Positions 1 to 10,506 of a stretch of DNA of 18,237 nt are shown piece by piece; position 1 is the first letter of the stretch; the number at the start of each line of letters is the position of its first letter. The position numbers and the translations under genes were made by a program. The stretch covers positions 1 to 18,237 of the forward strand of contig JAFGOA010000213.1 of assembly GCA_016926735.1 (NCBI GenBank), given 5' to 3'. Origin of the DNA: Promethearchaeota archaeon (GTDB taxonomy: Archaea; Asgardarchaeota; Lokiarchaeia; Sigyniarchaeales; SOKP01). The notes beneath the pieces are model-generated. The model was not told the DNA's origin. It was given only the letters and a program-made list of their open reading frames with translations, and ran no database searches.

Positions 1-120
1 TATAAACTTTTCAAAATATATTATATTGAATATTAAAAATGAACCTTGATCTTATTTTATCAATAATTATAATAATTATTTATCAAACTTCAAATGATTA
101 AAATAAGAAAAAAAAGATAA

Positions 121-492
121 TTATTCTTCTGGTAATATCTTAGAGAATTTACATTTATTAAGTCTAGTTCTACCTTCTATTTCATCAGTAAGATACATTT
201 TCACTCTCGCTGCTATAGCTCCTACTCTTACTTTCTGAAGAATGAAATAGGTTTTTCCAGCTTCTACATCAATCTCAATTTCATGTTTGTTTTCAAATGC
301 TTTTGAAAGAACCATATAATGTCCTGGATCTACTATTGCATAGAGAAAATTTTTACTTTTTGTTGCGCCAATATAATTTTCATTAAAATATACATGAAAT
401 TTAATAAGAAATCCTGTTTTCTTTGATCTAACTATATAAATTAATGCTTTTCCTTCAGGAGGAGTCATTTTTTTAAGATCTTGATTACTCAA
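121..492 (-). CDS. DUF2846-like small protein
   Basis: 123-aa ORF (TTG start, TAA stop). The pattern PPEGKALIYIVR...VYFNENYIG...FLYAIVDPGHY...IDVEAGKTYFI resembles the DUF2846 family (recognised by eye). Confidence 0.7.
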   Translation of the reverse strand: MSNQDLKKMTPPEGKALIYIVRSKKTGFLIKFHVYFNENYIGATKSKNFLYAIVDPGHYMVLSKAFENKHEIEIDVEAGKTYFILQKVRVGAIAARVKMYLTDEIEGRTRLNKCKFSKILPEE

Positions 493-742
493 ATTATCAC
501 ATCACTTATTTTTATATTATTATGAAAAAGTAATTTGAATATATATGTTTTAACAAACCAATATTTAAATCTTCTTTAATTACTTTTTACTAAATCATAA
601 AATTTAGTTTTCTTAATTCTTAAAAATTAAAATAAAATTTTATCTTATAAATCGCAATCTCAAAAGTAGGAATTTATCATATTCATAAAAGTGTATTCTT
701 AAAATTATATAGATATCCTTCATTACGAATGTTATAAGAATA

Positions 743-2611
743 ATGAAAAAAATCTATTTAGTAGATTATGATTCATGTAATCTACGATTCTGTGGTCGTC
801 AATGTATAAAAAAATGTCCTATAGTTATTAGTAATGAAAAAAATAAATCTCATATTAAAAAGCAAGAAGTTCCAATTTGGGTTCAGAAATCTACAAATCA
901 AATTAAAATAAAGGAAGAAAGATGTTTAAAATGTGGGATATGTGCTAATGTTTGTCCAACAAAAGCAATATATGTAAAAAATATTTTAGAAGAACCTATT
1001 AATCTAATTCCTACTCACAAATATCATGAAAGAGTTCAAAAAGAAAGCTTTCGGTTATATAATTTACCTACGCTAGTATCTGGCAAAGTTACCGGATTAT
1101 GCGGTCCAAATGGAATAGGAAAAACAACAGTATTGAATATTATTTCAGGTAATTTGAAACCCAATTTTGGAAACATTAACCTTGAGGAAAATAAGATCTC
1201 TTGGCAAGATATTATACCTAAAATTAGAGAAACAGAAATGAGAAATCATTTTACTCTACTTTCTCAAAATGATAGAAAGATTGCTTATAAACAACAGGTT
1301 TTACGAATATTATTTGAAAAATATAAAGATATCTGCGTTTCAGATGTACTAAATTCTGAAAATGAAGTATCAGAACAATTCTTTAAAAAAATAAAAAATT
1401 ATTTGGATATTGAGGCAATTTCAGATAGATATTTGGAAGAATGCTCTGGAGGAGAATTACAGAGATTTAGCATAGCATCTGTGCTTATTAAAGAAGCAGA
1501 TATTTACATCATTGATGAGCCCTGCACATTTTTGGATGTCCAAAAACGTATAAAGCTAGCTCAATTATTCCAAGATCGCTCTAAAGGATTTGATAAAGAA
1601 AGACCATGTCCAATTCTAGTTGTTGAGCATGATCTTGCAATACTGGACTATATTTCAGATATTATTCAATTATTTTATGGTGTTCCGCATAAATTTGGAA
1701 TCATCTCCAATCCTATGACAACTAAAAAAGGTATTAATGCATATTTAGATGGATATTTAAAATCAGAAAATATTGAATTTAGAGAAATAAAATATGGGTT
1801 TAGGCGATCAACAACTGGTCGAACTTGGAGTAATGCTAAAATATTTGCAGAATACGAAAATATATCAAAAACTTTTGAATCCTTTCATTTAGAAGTGAAT
1901 TCTGGTGTAATCTATTCTTCTGAGATTCTTGGTATTGTGGGAGAAAACGGTTGTGGTAAATCCACATTTGCTAAAATATTAGCTGGAAAACTTAAACCAG
2001 ATAATAATTCTAAATTCAAAGGAATAAATGCAATAGTCTCATATAAACCCCAATATATAACTCAAGATACATCTAACTCTGTTAAAGATTTTATAATTGA
2101 ATATTCCCAAAATTATAATTTTTCAGAAGAAATTATGAGAATTTTATATAGACCTTTAGGAGTAAATAAATTATTTAATGAATCTATATCTGAATTATCT
2201 GGCGGAGAATTGCAGAGAGTATATATTTGTGCTTGTCTAGCAAAAAAGGCAGACTTATATATTTTAGATGAACCTTCTGCTTATTTAGATATAGAAGAAC
2301 GAATTCATATTGGACAGATCATAAGGACAATAACGAAAAGAAATAACGCTGTTTCTATTTGTATTGAGCATGATATACAAATTGCTGATGCTCTAATTGA
2401 TCGATTACTTCTTTTTTCTGGAAAACCTGGTATTTATGGAAAAACACTTGGACCATTATTAAAGAAAGAAGGAATGAATAAATTTCTAAAATCAATTGAT
2501 GTGTCTTTTCGTCGAGATCCTAAAAATGGAAGAGCAAGACTAAATAAAAAAGGGTCACAACTTGATAAAAATCAACAAGCTAGTGGAGAATTATGGGGAA
2601 TTCATAATTAA
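743..2611 (+). CDS. rli1: ABCE1/Rli1 ribosome-recycling ATPase (RNase L inhibitor family), divergent
   Basis: N-terminal Fe-S cysteines (CNLRFCGRQCIKKCP; CLKCGICANVCP). Two ABC domains: Walker A GPNGIGKT and GENGCGKS, signatures CSGGELQR and LSGGELQR, Walker B IIDEP and ILDEP, EHD H-loops. C-terminal FRRDP..GRARLNK.GS hinge. Confidence 0.93.
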   Translation: MKKIYLVDYDSCNLRFCGRQCIKKCPIVISNEKNKSHIKKQEVPIWVQKSTNQIKIKEERCLKCGICANVCPTKAIYVKNILEEPINLIPTHKYHERVQKESFRLYNLPTLVSGKVTGLCGPNGIGKTTVLNIISGNLKPNFGNINLEENKISWQDIIPKIRETEMRNHFTLLSQNDRKIAYKQQVLRILFEKYKDICVSDVLNSENEVSEQFFKKIKNYLDIEAISDRYLEECSGGELQRFSIASVLIKEADIYIIDEPCTFLDVQKRIKLAQLFQDRSKGFDKERPCPILVVEHDLAILDYISDIIQLFYGVPHKFGIISNPMTTKKGINAYLDGYLKSENIEFREIKYGFRRSTTGRTWSNAKIFAEYENISKTFESFHLEVNSGVIYSSEILGIVGENGCGKSTFAKILAGKLKPDNNSKFKGINAIVSYKPQYITQDTSNSVKDFIIEYSQNYNFSEEIMRILYRPLGVNKLFNESISELSGGELQRVYICACLAKKADLYILDEPSAYLDIEERIHIGQIIRTITKRNNAVSICIEHDIQIADALIDRLLLFSGKPGIYGKTLGPLLKKEGMNKFLKSIDVSFRRDPKNGRARLNKKGSQLDKNQQASGELWGIHN

Positions 2612-2717
2612 ATTAGAAGTTAAATTCTAATAAAAGAGTATTGTATCGAACATATTAAAATTTATAATTAATAGATGAGATTATATACACATTACTATAT
2701 AAAAAAAACAGAAACTT

Positions 2718-4541
2718 ATGATAGGGAAAAAAAATTTAATATTATTATCAACAATTAGCGTTATTTTAATTGGAACAACCAGTATTTTATTAATATTCTT
2801 TCTTGATTCTCCAAATCCGTATAATGGTCCGAATAGAGCACCAGTTCTAACTTTATATAACCCTTCTTCTTCAATAACAATAGAAGAATCTGAATTATTA
2901 CAATTATATGTAAATGTTTCTGATCCAGATGGAGATCTTCTATCGTATGAATGGGAATTGAATGATACTTATATTGATTGTGATTTAAACATCTATAATT
3001 TTTTACCAAGCGTGTTTTCTGCAGGTATATATACATTTCATGTTAATGTTTCTGATGGAGAGTATTTTGTAGAACATTCTTGGATTATTACTGTAAAACA
3101 TATACCCCATATGGTTAAAGATATTTGGCCCGGGTATTATAATGATTCATATCCTAAAGAATTGAATATATTAAATGGAGTTCTTTATTTTTTTGCAAAT
3201 GATGGTCAAAATGGAAGAGAGTTATGGAAGTCAAATGGTACATTAGAAGGTACTTATATGGTAAAGGATATTAATCCAACGGGCTCATCAATTTTAGGAA
3301 GTGAAATTGAAACTATTATTTTCAAAAATAACCTCTATTTTCAAGCAGATAATGGCGTTAATGGTGTAGAATTATGGAGATCAGACGGTACAGAAGGAGG
3401 GACCTATATGATTAAGGATATAAATAATGGTTCAAGTGGTTCTTATCCTGAATTATTTAAAGAATTTAATGGAAATCTCTATTTTAAAGCATCCAATAAT
3501 ACTATGGGTCGAGAATTGTGGAGGACAAACGGTACAGAAGCAGGTACTTACTTGATAAAAGACATATATCCTGGAACAAATCCATCAAATATCGATTTAT
3601 TTATCGAATGTAATAATTCTCTTTACTTTACTGCAAATAATGGTATTAATGGAACAGAATTATGGTGTACGAATGGTACAACCGAGGGAACGTATATAGT
3701 AAAAGATATTTTTGGCGGTCCAAATGATTCTAATCCTTCTGAATTTATTGTTTTAAATGAGATTCTTTACTTTAGTGCAGATAATGGCATAAATGGAGTG
3801 GAATTATGGAGATCAAATGGTACAGAAGAGGGTACTTATATGGTAAAAGATATTGATAGTGGTTCAGATGATTCAAATCCCTCTCAATTCATTAAATATA
3901 ATGAGATATTAATTTTTCAAATAAAGCCTAGTTTTAGGACTGAATTATGGAGGACAAACGGTACAGAAGAAGGAACCTATAGGATAACAAATACATTTGT
4001 TCAAGCAAGTGATTCTTATCTTGAATATTTTATAGAATATAATGGAATTATTTATTTTAGCGCAGAAAATGGAATAAATGGAACAGAATTATGGAGAACT
4101 GATGGTACTGAGATAGGGACATTTATAATAAAAGATATTAATCCAGGAACAGGAAATTCTAACCCAGAAAGATTTGTAGAATATAATGAACGTCTATATT
4201 TCTGTGCTGAAGACGTACAATACAATCATGAATTATGGACTACAAATGGTACTAAGGAAGGAACCTATAAGGTAAAAGAGGTGAATACTCGTACTTCAAG
4301 TGATGGGTCATATCCGGGTAATTACATTGAAATAAATGGAATTCTTTATTATACGGCAACAGATGGTTATAATGGTTTTGAGTTATTTAGAACAGATGGA
4401 TCAGAAGCCGGTACTTACATGATTAAAGATATATGGCCAGGATCAGGAAACTCAATCCCTGAATCTATGATTGAATTAAATGGACTTCTTTTTTTCGTTG
4501 CTGAAGATGGTGTTCATGGTGTAGAATTATGGTATTTCTAA
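2718..4541 (+). CDS. Membrane-anchored ELWxxDGT-repeat (beta-propeller) surface protein with an N-terminal Ig-like domain
   Basis: N-terminal hydrophobic helix, an NRAP...VSDPDGD.LSYEW...VNVSDG Ig/cadherin-like domain, then about ten ~48-aa repeats of ELW(R/K)(S/T)(D/N)GTxxGTYxxKDI. Confidence 0.9.
   Translation: MIGKKNLILLSTISVILIGTTSILLIFFLDSPNPYNGPNRAPVLTLYNPSSSITIEESELLQLYVNVSDPDGDLLSYEWELNDTYIDCDLNIYNFLPSVFSAGIYTFHVNVSDGEYFVEHSWIITVKHIPHMVKDIWPGYYNDSYPKELNILNGVLYFFANDGQNGRELWKSNGTLEGTYMVKDINPTGSSILGSEIETIIFKNNLYFQADNGVNGVELWRSDGTEGGTYMIKDINNGSSGSYPELFKEFNGNLYFKASNNTMGRELWRTNGTEAGTYLIKDIYPGTNPSNIDLFIECNNSLYFTANNGINGTELWCTNGTTEGTYIVKDIFGGPNDSNPSEFIVLNEILYFSADNGINGVELWRSNGTEEGTYMVKDIDSGSDDSNPSQFIKYNEILIFQIKPSFRTELWRTNGTEEGTYRITNTFVQASDSYLEYFIEYNGIIYFSAENGINGTELWRTDGTEIGTFIIKDINPGTGNSNPERFVEYNERLYFCAEDVQYNHELWTTNGTKEGTYKVKEVNTRTSSDGSYPGNYIEINGILYYTATDGYNGFELFRTDGSEAGTYMIKDIWPGSGNSIPESMIELNGLLFFVAEDGVHGVELWYF
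3205..4538 (+). repeat. Tandem coding repeats (~144-150 bp unit) of the ELWxxDGT protein
   Basis: Recurring gaattatgga...ggtacagaag...aaagatat DNA and ELWxxxGT peptide motifs. Confidence 0.8.
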
Positions 4542-4556
4542 TTTTCTTTTTTTTTA
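4542..4556 (+). terminator. Oligo-T tract, archaeal-type terminator candidate
   Basis: T-rich run directly after the TAA of 2718..4541. Confidence 0.45.
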
Positions 4557-4731
4557 TTATAATTATGAAATAAAACATCTGAAAAATAATCTTATAAATA
4601 TCTTTGAAAAAACTAATGGTTTAAATTTCATTAATAAAAGTATTATTTAATTTTTAAGAGTTTAGTGAAGTTCTTAATTGCTGAATTTGTATCCAAATAA
4701 AATCTTATAAAAAAATCATCTTGATTAGAAT

Positions 4732-5730
4732 ATGAAAAAAAGAAGAAGCATTTATCTTTCCATATGTGCTTTTATTTTAATTATAATCTCAGCTTTTTTT
4801 TATATAAAAAATCAATCCAATTTTAAATGGTATTCTATTGAGGTTGTTATAAGTAGAATGTTTCTTCTTTTATATTTTAATCTACTCTTCTTTAGTCTTC
4901 TTTATGTCATCAATTTAAAGCATTATTTATATCTATTTATTCTTATCTTGATTATTGGTGTGTTCTTATGGATTTTAAGTTCTTATTCCCCTTATTTTGA
5001 TTCTAATAGTTGTCCCGATTTTCTTAATTATATTTTAGATCTTATTGAATGCTCTATGTATAGTTTGGTTTCCCCAGGTCTAATTTTGTTTACCTTTTTT
5101 TATATTAAAAAATTTACGGGTAGATATAAGGGGGTGAATTTCTTAAAAAAGTATCATATTCATGAAAACCTATTTGGAATTATATTATTAGCTATTGGTG
5201 TAATCTTTATGATAATGCGGGTTTTATTAATTTCACATAAAATATTTGAAAATCAATTAAGGTTAGTCTTAGGATTTATAGTGATTTTTGCGTTTCTTCT
5301 AATTTATTTTGGAAGTTTTTTTCTATTTAGGGATTGGTATGATGTAAAAAAGTTAAAATTTATAGAAAAAATAGAGTCTTTGGAAAAAAATGTTGATAAA
5401 TCTCCATTTCAACCAAAAGCGATCTTTCACACAATTAAAAAAGAGGATCTTCAATTTTTTAAACACCCAAATCATATTTTATATTCATTTGGTATTTTAT
5501 TAACAAGTATTTCCTTAAATATGGTAACTTATGGTTCCCTCTTTCTTTCCGAACAACTTTTTCATCTTAACGAAGAAAATATTGCTCTAATAGGATATTT
5601 TTTTGTGTTTCTTGGTGGTGCTTTAATTGGAATTGATTGGTTTAGAGTGATCAAACGATTTTATCCAAAAGATTATATTGATATAAAAAATCAAATAAAT
5701 AAGATATTAGCAGATAATTCTCATAACTAA
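4732..5730 (+). CDS. Hypothetical multi-pass membrane protein (~8 TM)
   Basis: 332-aa ORF with many long hydrophobic segments and a YHIHE motif before a TM helix. No family recognised. Confidence 0.75.
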   Translation: MKKRRSIYLSICAFILIIISAFFYIKNQSNFKWYSIEVVISRMFLLLYFNLLFFSLLYVINLKHYLYLFILILIIGVFLWILSSYSPYFDSNSCPDFLNYILDLIECSMYSLVSPGLILFTFFYIKKFTGRYKGVNFLKKYHIHENLFGIILLAIGVIFMIMRVLLISHKIFENQLRLVLGFIVIFAFLLIYFGSFFLFRDWYDVKKLKFIEKIESLEKNVDKSPFQPKAIFHTIKKEDLQFFKHPNHILYSFGILLTSISLNMVTYGSLFLSEQLFHLNEENIALIGYFFVFLGGALIGIDWFRVIKRFYPKDYIDIKNQINKILADNSHN

Positions 5731-5802
5731 TATAGTAAATATCTAATTGTTCAGGTAATTCTTCGTAAACCATCTATATTACTTTATTATCACTATCAAT
5801 TT

Positions 5803-5841
5803 TAGTCGTAAAATAACTTTTTTGCAAAACACGTTCTTATA
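5803..5841 (+). repeat. Core-only copy of the dispersed intergenic element (11-6-11 core TAGTCGTAAAA-TAACTT-TTTTGCAAAAC plus tail)
   Basis: 5805-5841 aligns ungapped to 11524-11560 at 27/37 by manual count. The ATGGAAAA boxes are absent. Confidence 0.45.
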
Positions 5842-6015
5842 CGCGATAACTACTATATAATTAAGAAATTAGAAGTAAGATAAATAAAAAATAGATTTTA
5901 TCTAAGAGATTAATAGATATAGGTAAATTATAAAAAATATAGGTTTTATTAACCTATAATTTTTAACATATGGAGATTTTACTTTACTTAATATATTTTA
6001 AGAGATTTTGAATTA

Positions 6016-7680
6016 TTAAAGATCTACTATATTTAGTCGCCAATAATCATCAAATTTTTTTAGAATATCTAGAGAAAATTGAAGTTTAATTCCATTAAGC
6101 TCCATTTCATATTTATTAATCTCATTATCACTGATTAAAAAATTAATTTGATACTTGTTAGATTCCTCGAAATTTGAATAATATATCCCAAAATAATAAT
6201 AAAATAAGATAATTGAATTTGGATCAATCTGAAATTCTGTACTTTTTGTTAGAAGTTTTGTACGAGGACCCCATGAATGTGATTTAACATCTAGAGTAGT
6301 ATGGATATTATTTTGAATAAGATAACCTTTTACGGTAGTTAATCTGTTGGGATTAAATTGTGAATTAAGGTAAAATGTTTTTGTTTTATTTGTCCTATTA
6401 TGAATTAGGTTTAAAACTATAAGTGGATATTCTGCAGTAGACGATCTATAATAGTTATTATTACTTCCATAAAAAAAGTCTTTTTTAGGACAAAGTTCTA
6501 TAAATAATTCAAGATCGTTAAAAAAAAAGCTTTTTCTGTTGCCATTTTTAATCTCATCTAATTTCCTTTTGGGATGGTTTTGAAAAGATGTAAAGATCTC
6601 ATCTTGAGACATACCTTCTCCATTTCCTACAATTAGTTGTAAGATATGTCTAGGAATACCTTCTTGTTTAACTACTTTAATTAAATTTCTTGATAAGATT
6701 AATCTTGATTTTAGAAATCCTTTTTTAGAGTATATGATACCTTCTCTTAACTTCCATTCCATAAAATTAATCATAACAAGATTGAACCATAATCCACAAT
6801 TATCAAGTGGTCCTATTATTATAATTTCCTTTTTAGGAGTAATTATTTTTAAACTATCTTTTCCTTGATGTTTTTTTATGGATTTATTTATGAGAAAGGT
6901 TTCTACTTTAAAGTTTTTATAAAAATTTATAGTTTTTTTATTTCCCTCCTTTACTATAACAATTCCATTCTCTGTTAAATGAATTATTGAATTATTTTCA
7001 ATTTTTTGATTATTTAAAACTTTCAATCCATCCTTTAGAACCATTATTGATCCCCAAATGAGAATTATTAAAAATAATCCAACAATAGTTATATATCCTC
7101 CAACAATGTTATTTTCTTCACCAAATAAAACCGTTAAATAGAATGATAGCCAAATATGAAATAAAAATAATAATATAAAAACCATATTTTGATAAATTAA
7201 TCTCTTTTTTCTTAGGGAAAGTTTATTTTGTTTTTCAATAGAGAGTAGAATTTCACCAGTGTTTCTAAGGTTTAATTTTCTATATATATAATTTATATTA
7301 CTCTCATTATCTCTATAATTATGGAGTATAGAATCAAATAAATGATTATTACTAAAGTTTTGTAGCTCAATTCTTATAGTTTCTTCTTTATCATTCCTTT
7401 TTATCGTAATTATTAAGAAATAGCTTTTAAATGTTTTAAAACTTGAAAAACTATAATGATGGCTCAAAATAGAACTATATTTTAGCCTCTGAAAAGAATA
7501 TTTATATTTAGAACAGCTCTTATCATATATAGCTTTATTATAATATATTGCTTCATTTGTTAAAAAGAGATTATGTCCCTTTTCATCATTTGTAAAAAAT
7601 AATATCTTTTCCTCTTTAGGAACTTTATCGAAAATATTTTTTCTCTCTATTTTTGATCCTAATTCCATATTTTTCACCAA
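6016..7680 (-). CDS. Hypothetical membrane protein (2 central TM helices, possible PH-like domains)
   Basis: 554-aa ORF with two TM helices at about aa 165-215. LFLTNEAIYY and IHLTENGIVI resemble bPH-like strands (weak). The start may be the ATG at 7668. Confidence 0.7.
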   Translation of the reverse strand: MVKNMELGSKIERKNIFDKVPKEEKILFFTNDEKGHNLFLTNEAIYYNKAIYDKSCSKYKYSFQRLKYSSILSHHYSFSSFKTFKSYFLIITIKRNDKEETIRIELQNFSNNHLFDSILHNYRDNESNINYIYRKLNLRNTGEILLSIEKQNKLSLRKKRLIYQNMVFILLFLFHIWLSFYLTVLFGEENNIVGGYITIVGLFLIILIWGSIMVLKDGLKVLNNQKIENNSIIHLTENGIVIVKEGNKKTINFYKNFKVETFLINKSIKKHQGKDSLKIITPKKEIIIIGPLDNCGLWFNLVMINFMEWKLREGIIYSKKGFLKSRLILSRNLIKVVKQEGIPRHILQLIVGNGEGMSQDEIFTSFQNHPKRKLDEIKNGNRKSFFFNDLELFIELCPKKDFFYGSNNNYYRSSTAEYPLIVLNLIHNRTNKTKTFYLNSQFNPNRLTTVKGYLIQNNIHTTLDVKSHSWGPRTKLLTKSTEFQIDPNSIILFYYYFGIYYSNFEESNKYQINFLISDNEINKYEMELNGIKLQFSLDILKKFDDYWRLNIVDL

Positions 7681-7883
7681 TTTAATTTATATTCTTTTTA
7701 GGTATAAATATTTATTTTTTTTTGATTTTTAGCAATAGATAGAATCTAAGATTAATTAAAAATAAGTATAATTTAGGAATCCTATCTGATTATTATCTTA
7801 AATTTTTGCTTGATTTATAATTAGTAGGAGATAAATAAAGATTTAAGGAAGAAAAAATAAAAAAATAAAAAATAGGTAAAAGT

Positions 7884-7948
7884 CTTTTTCCATGGAAAAA
7901 TGGAATATTTTAATGGAAAATTAAAGTGAAAGTTGGGTTTACAAAAAT
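7884..7948 (+). repeat. Dispersed intergenic element, copy 1
   Basis: CTTTTTCCATGGAAAAA-TGGA-ATATTTTAATGGAAAA followed by TTAAAGTGAAA-GTTGGG-TTTACAAAAAT. Confidence 0.8.
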
Positions 7949-8181
7949 TAACAATAATACTAAATTGATTCTCTAAATGATCAAATTTAAAGACTATAAT
8001 TATTGAAGAGGCATATTATAATTTATTTAGAAATAATCATGTTTCAATGCGTAATCCTCATTCTACTACTCGTAATTTGGTATACAAAAAGAATAAAAAA
8101 ATAAAATATAATTTAAGTTATACAAAAAGTTCCACAATTTTCCTTTTACCAATCTAATATCCCTTTAAGAAATAAAAATTA

Positions 8182-9633
8182 TTAGCCTTTCACACCTTTA
8201 ACGATTCGGTCGCCAATATCCTTATCAATATTGTGCCAGTATTCAAAGGCTCGTTGTAGCACGGATTCAGATACACCATTTTTTAAATGTCCCACTACAT
8301 TGGACACTAACCTATCGCGCTCTATATCATTCATGACTTTGCGTACCAGAGTGCCGGGCTGTCCGAAATCATCGTCTTCTTTACGCTTGGTATACGCGGA
8401 ACGGATAAAATCGCCGCTGGCATTCCAAATGGTCATCTCAGGATATTTCTCAGGGTCAGCCTTGGGACCACCCTTTGAGTTAGGTGCATAGACTGGATCG
8501 GAGATATTGTTAATTCTCATCGCTCCACCTTTACTATAGCTATGTACTGATACTTTGGGGCGGTTGACAGGAATCTGCTTATAATTAACCCCTAAGCGAG
8601 CCCGATGGGCGTCAGCGTAGGAGACTAGGCGGGCGAGTAACATCTTATCTGGGCTTGGACCGATTCCAGGAACAAGGTTGTTTGGTTCGAATGCCGCTTG
8701 CTCAATCTCAGCATGAAAATCGCTTGGATTACGATTCAGAATCAGTTGACCCACTTCAAGCAAAGGATAGTCTCCGTGGGGCCACACTTTAGTCAGATCA
8801 AAGGGATTGAATCGGTATGTCTCGGCCTCTTTGAATGGCATGATCTGAACTTTTAGGGTCCAACTGGGGTAATCCCCCCGCTTGATCGCATCGAACAGAT
8901 CTCGACGGTGGTAGTCGGCATCAACACCGGCAATCCGATCGCCCTCTTCTTGGGTTAGGAAGGCGATGCCTTGGTTTGTCTTGAAGTGATACTTCACCCA
9001 GTAGCGCTCACCTTTAGCATTGACCCACATATAGGTGTGGCTCGAGTAACCATTCATGTGCCGATAGCTCTTGGGGATTCCACGATCGCTCATCAAAATG
9101 GTGACTTGATGGGCCGACTCAGGTGAAAGTGTCCAGAAGTCCCATTGCATATCATTATCGCGTAGACCACTTTCTGCACGGCGCTTCTGGGAGTGGATGA
9201 AGTGCTGGAACTTCATAGGGTCACGTATGAAAAAAACAGGGGTGTTGTTTCCTACCATGTCATAATTACCCTCTGTGGTGTAAAACTTAAGTGCAAAGCC
9301 CCGCACATCTCGCCAAGTATCTGGACTACCGCTTTCTCCGGCTACGGTGGAAAAACGAGCTAGTAAATCGGTCTTCATACCTGGTTGGAACACGGCTGCT
9401 TTTGTATAAGCGCTGATATCCTTAGTCACCTCAAAATATCCAAAAGCCCCGGAACCCTTTGCGTGGGGTTGGCGGTCGGGAATCATTTCTCGGTTAAAGT
9501 TGGCCATCTGCTCCATCAAGTAGTGGTCTTGAAGTAGAATTGGGCCATCAGGTCCCACCGTAAGAGAGAATTCATCGCTGGCTACCGGGATCCCAGCATC
9601 TGTTGTTGTAGGTTTATTTTCGTCTTTTTTCAT
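8182..9633 (-). CDS. katA: Monofunctional heme catalase (small-subunit type)
   Basis: Active-site [60 protein letters not shown], and the proximal-Tyr motif [14 protein letters not shown]. Confidence 0.97.
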   Translation of the reverse strand: MKKDENKPTTTDAGIPVASDEFSLTVGPDGPILLQDHYLMEQMANFNREMIPDRQPHAKGSGAFGYFEVTKDISAYTKAAVFQPGMKTDLLARFSTVAGESGSPDTWRDVRGFALKFYTTEGNYDMVGNNTPVFFIRDPMKFQHFIHSQKRRAESGLRDNDMQWDFWTLSPESAHQVTILMSDRGIPKSYRHMNGYSSHTYMWVNAKGERYWVKYHFKTNQGIAFLTQEEGDRIAGVDADYHRRDLFDAIKRGDYPSWTLKVQIMPFKEAETYRFNPFDLTKVWPHGDYPLLEVGQLILNRNPSDFHAEIEQAAFEPNNLVPGIGPSPDKMLLARLVSYADAHRARLGVNYKQIPVNRPKVSVHSYSKGGAMRINNISDPVYAPNSKGGPKADPEKYPEMTIWNASGDFIRSAYTKRKEDDDFGQPGTLVRKVMNDIERDRLVSNVVGHLKNGVSESVLQRAFEYWHNIDKDIGDRIVKGVKG

Positions 9634-9920
9634 AGTTATAATTTCCTTATATTTATTATTATGTATCCATTCTAATATAATTCTATATAAATATATCGAT
9701 TATGATTAATTATTTATTCTTTTAACAGGAGATTGTTATTCTAAATAATCAAATATGGATTATTGAATAATATTTTCTGTCCACTTAAAATCCGTTAATC
9801 CTAAACAATTGAGAGTTTTCATACTAAACATATTTCATTAAGTAAATGAAAAATATATTGGTTAATTGAATTCAGAATTAATAAAGAATAAGAAAAAATT
9901 AGATAATTTTATGAAGATCA

Positions 9921-9935
9921 TGACTATGATTGTCA
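9921..9935. promoter_or_regulatory. 7-1-7 imperfect palindrome TGACTAT-G-ATTGTCA (Fur/PerR-box-like), upstream of catalase
   Basis: Three mismatches to the bacterial Fur 7-1-7 box TGATAAT-N-ATTATCA. It lies between the DPS-like gene and catalase. Confidence 0.25.
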
Positions 9936-10017
9936 TATGATATTCTATTACATCTAATGAGTAATTAAAAGTGGTTTCTGATATTTTAAATATTTGATTT
10001 TAATTCTAGTTATTTCT

Positions 10018-10506
10018 TTACTTACTTAAGTTTATATCGTTGAGTAAATCTTCCAAATCTTGTTCGTGTTCAACCTCATCTTCCATTATCTTTCTAATCA
10101 TGTTCATAGTAATTGAATCCTTTCCAATAATCTTATCCAAAATCTTTTTATATGCCATAATAGCACATTGTTCACCTTCAATATTCTGTTTCAATAACTC
10201 AACAGTATTGGAATTTGAAGGAGTTTTATAACCACAACCACTTTTTTCTAACAAATCTTTTGGATGGAGGAGAGGTGTTCCACCTAATTGAACGATACGA
10301 TCAGCAAGCATATTGGCGTGTTTTAGTTCATCATTTTGGTGTTCTTCAAGTTCTTTTACTATATTTGGCCTCATTCGACCTTCAGCAATTTTGGCACCGA
10401 CCCAATATTGATAGACAGCTAACCATTCATCAGCAAGTGCTTCATTTAACAAATCAATTAACTCATTAAGATCCATACCAACTATCTTTCTTCCAATAGT
10501 TCCCAT
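10018..10506 (-). CDS. DPS-like ferritin-superfamily protein (DPSL/thioferritin type)
   Basis: LNEALADEWLAVYQYW...ELEEHQNDELKHANMLADRIVQLGGTP...GCGY...EQCAI...DEVEHEQDL gives di-iron ligands plus a Cys pair. The likely start is ATG 10506 (MGTIGRKIVG); the ORF track extends it to 10527. Confidence 0.9.
   Translation of the reverse strand: MGTIGRKIVGMDLNELIDLLNEALADEWLAVYQYWVGAKIAEGRMRPNIVKELEEHQNDELKHANMLADRIVQLGGTPLLHPKDLLEKSGCGYKTPSNSNTVELLKQNIEGEQCAIMAYKKILDKIIGKDSITMNMIRKIMEDEVEHEQDLEDLLNDINLSK

Noticed and set aside
2761-3036. 91-aa minus-strand ORF
   Set aside because: Shadow ORF inside the ELWxxDGT gene with no recognisable motifs.
5938-5958. TATAGGTT-TTATT-AACCTATA hairpin between convergent genes
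   Set aside because: Short and AT-rich; it might aid termination but cannot be supported further.
8231-8491. 86-aa plus-strand ORF
   Set aside because: Antisense to catalase; expected in GC-richer DNA.
10040-10469. Two plus-strand ORFs (63 and 84 aa)
   Set aside because: Antisense shadows of the DPS-like gene.
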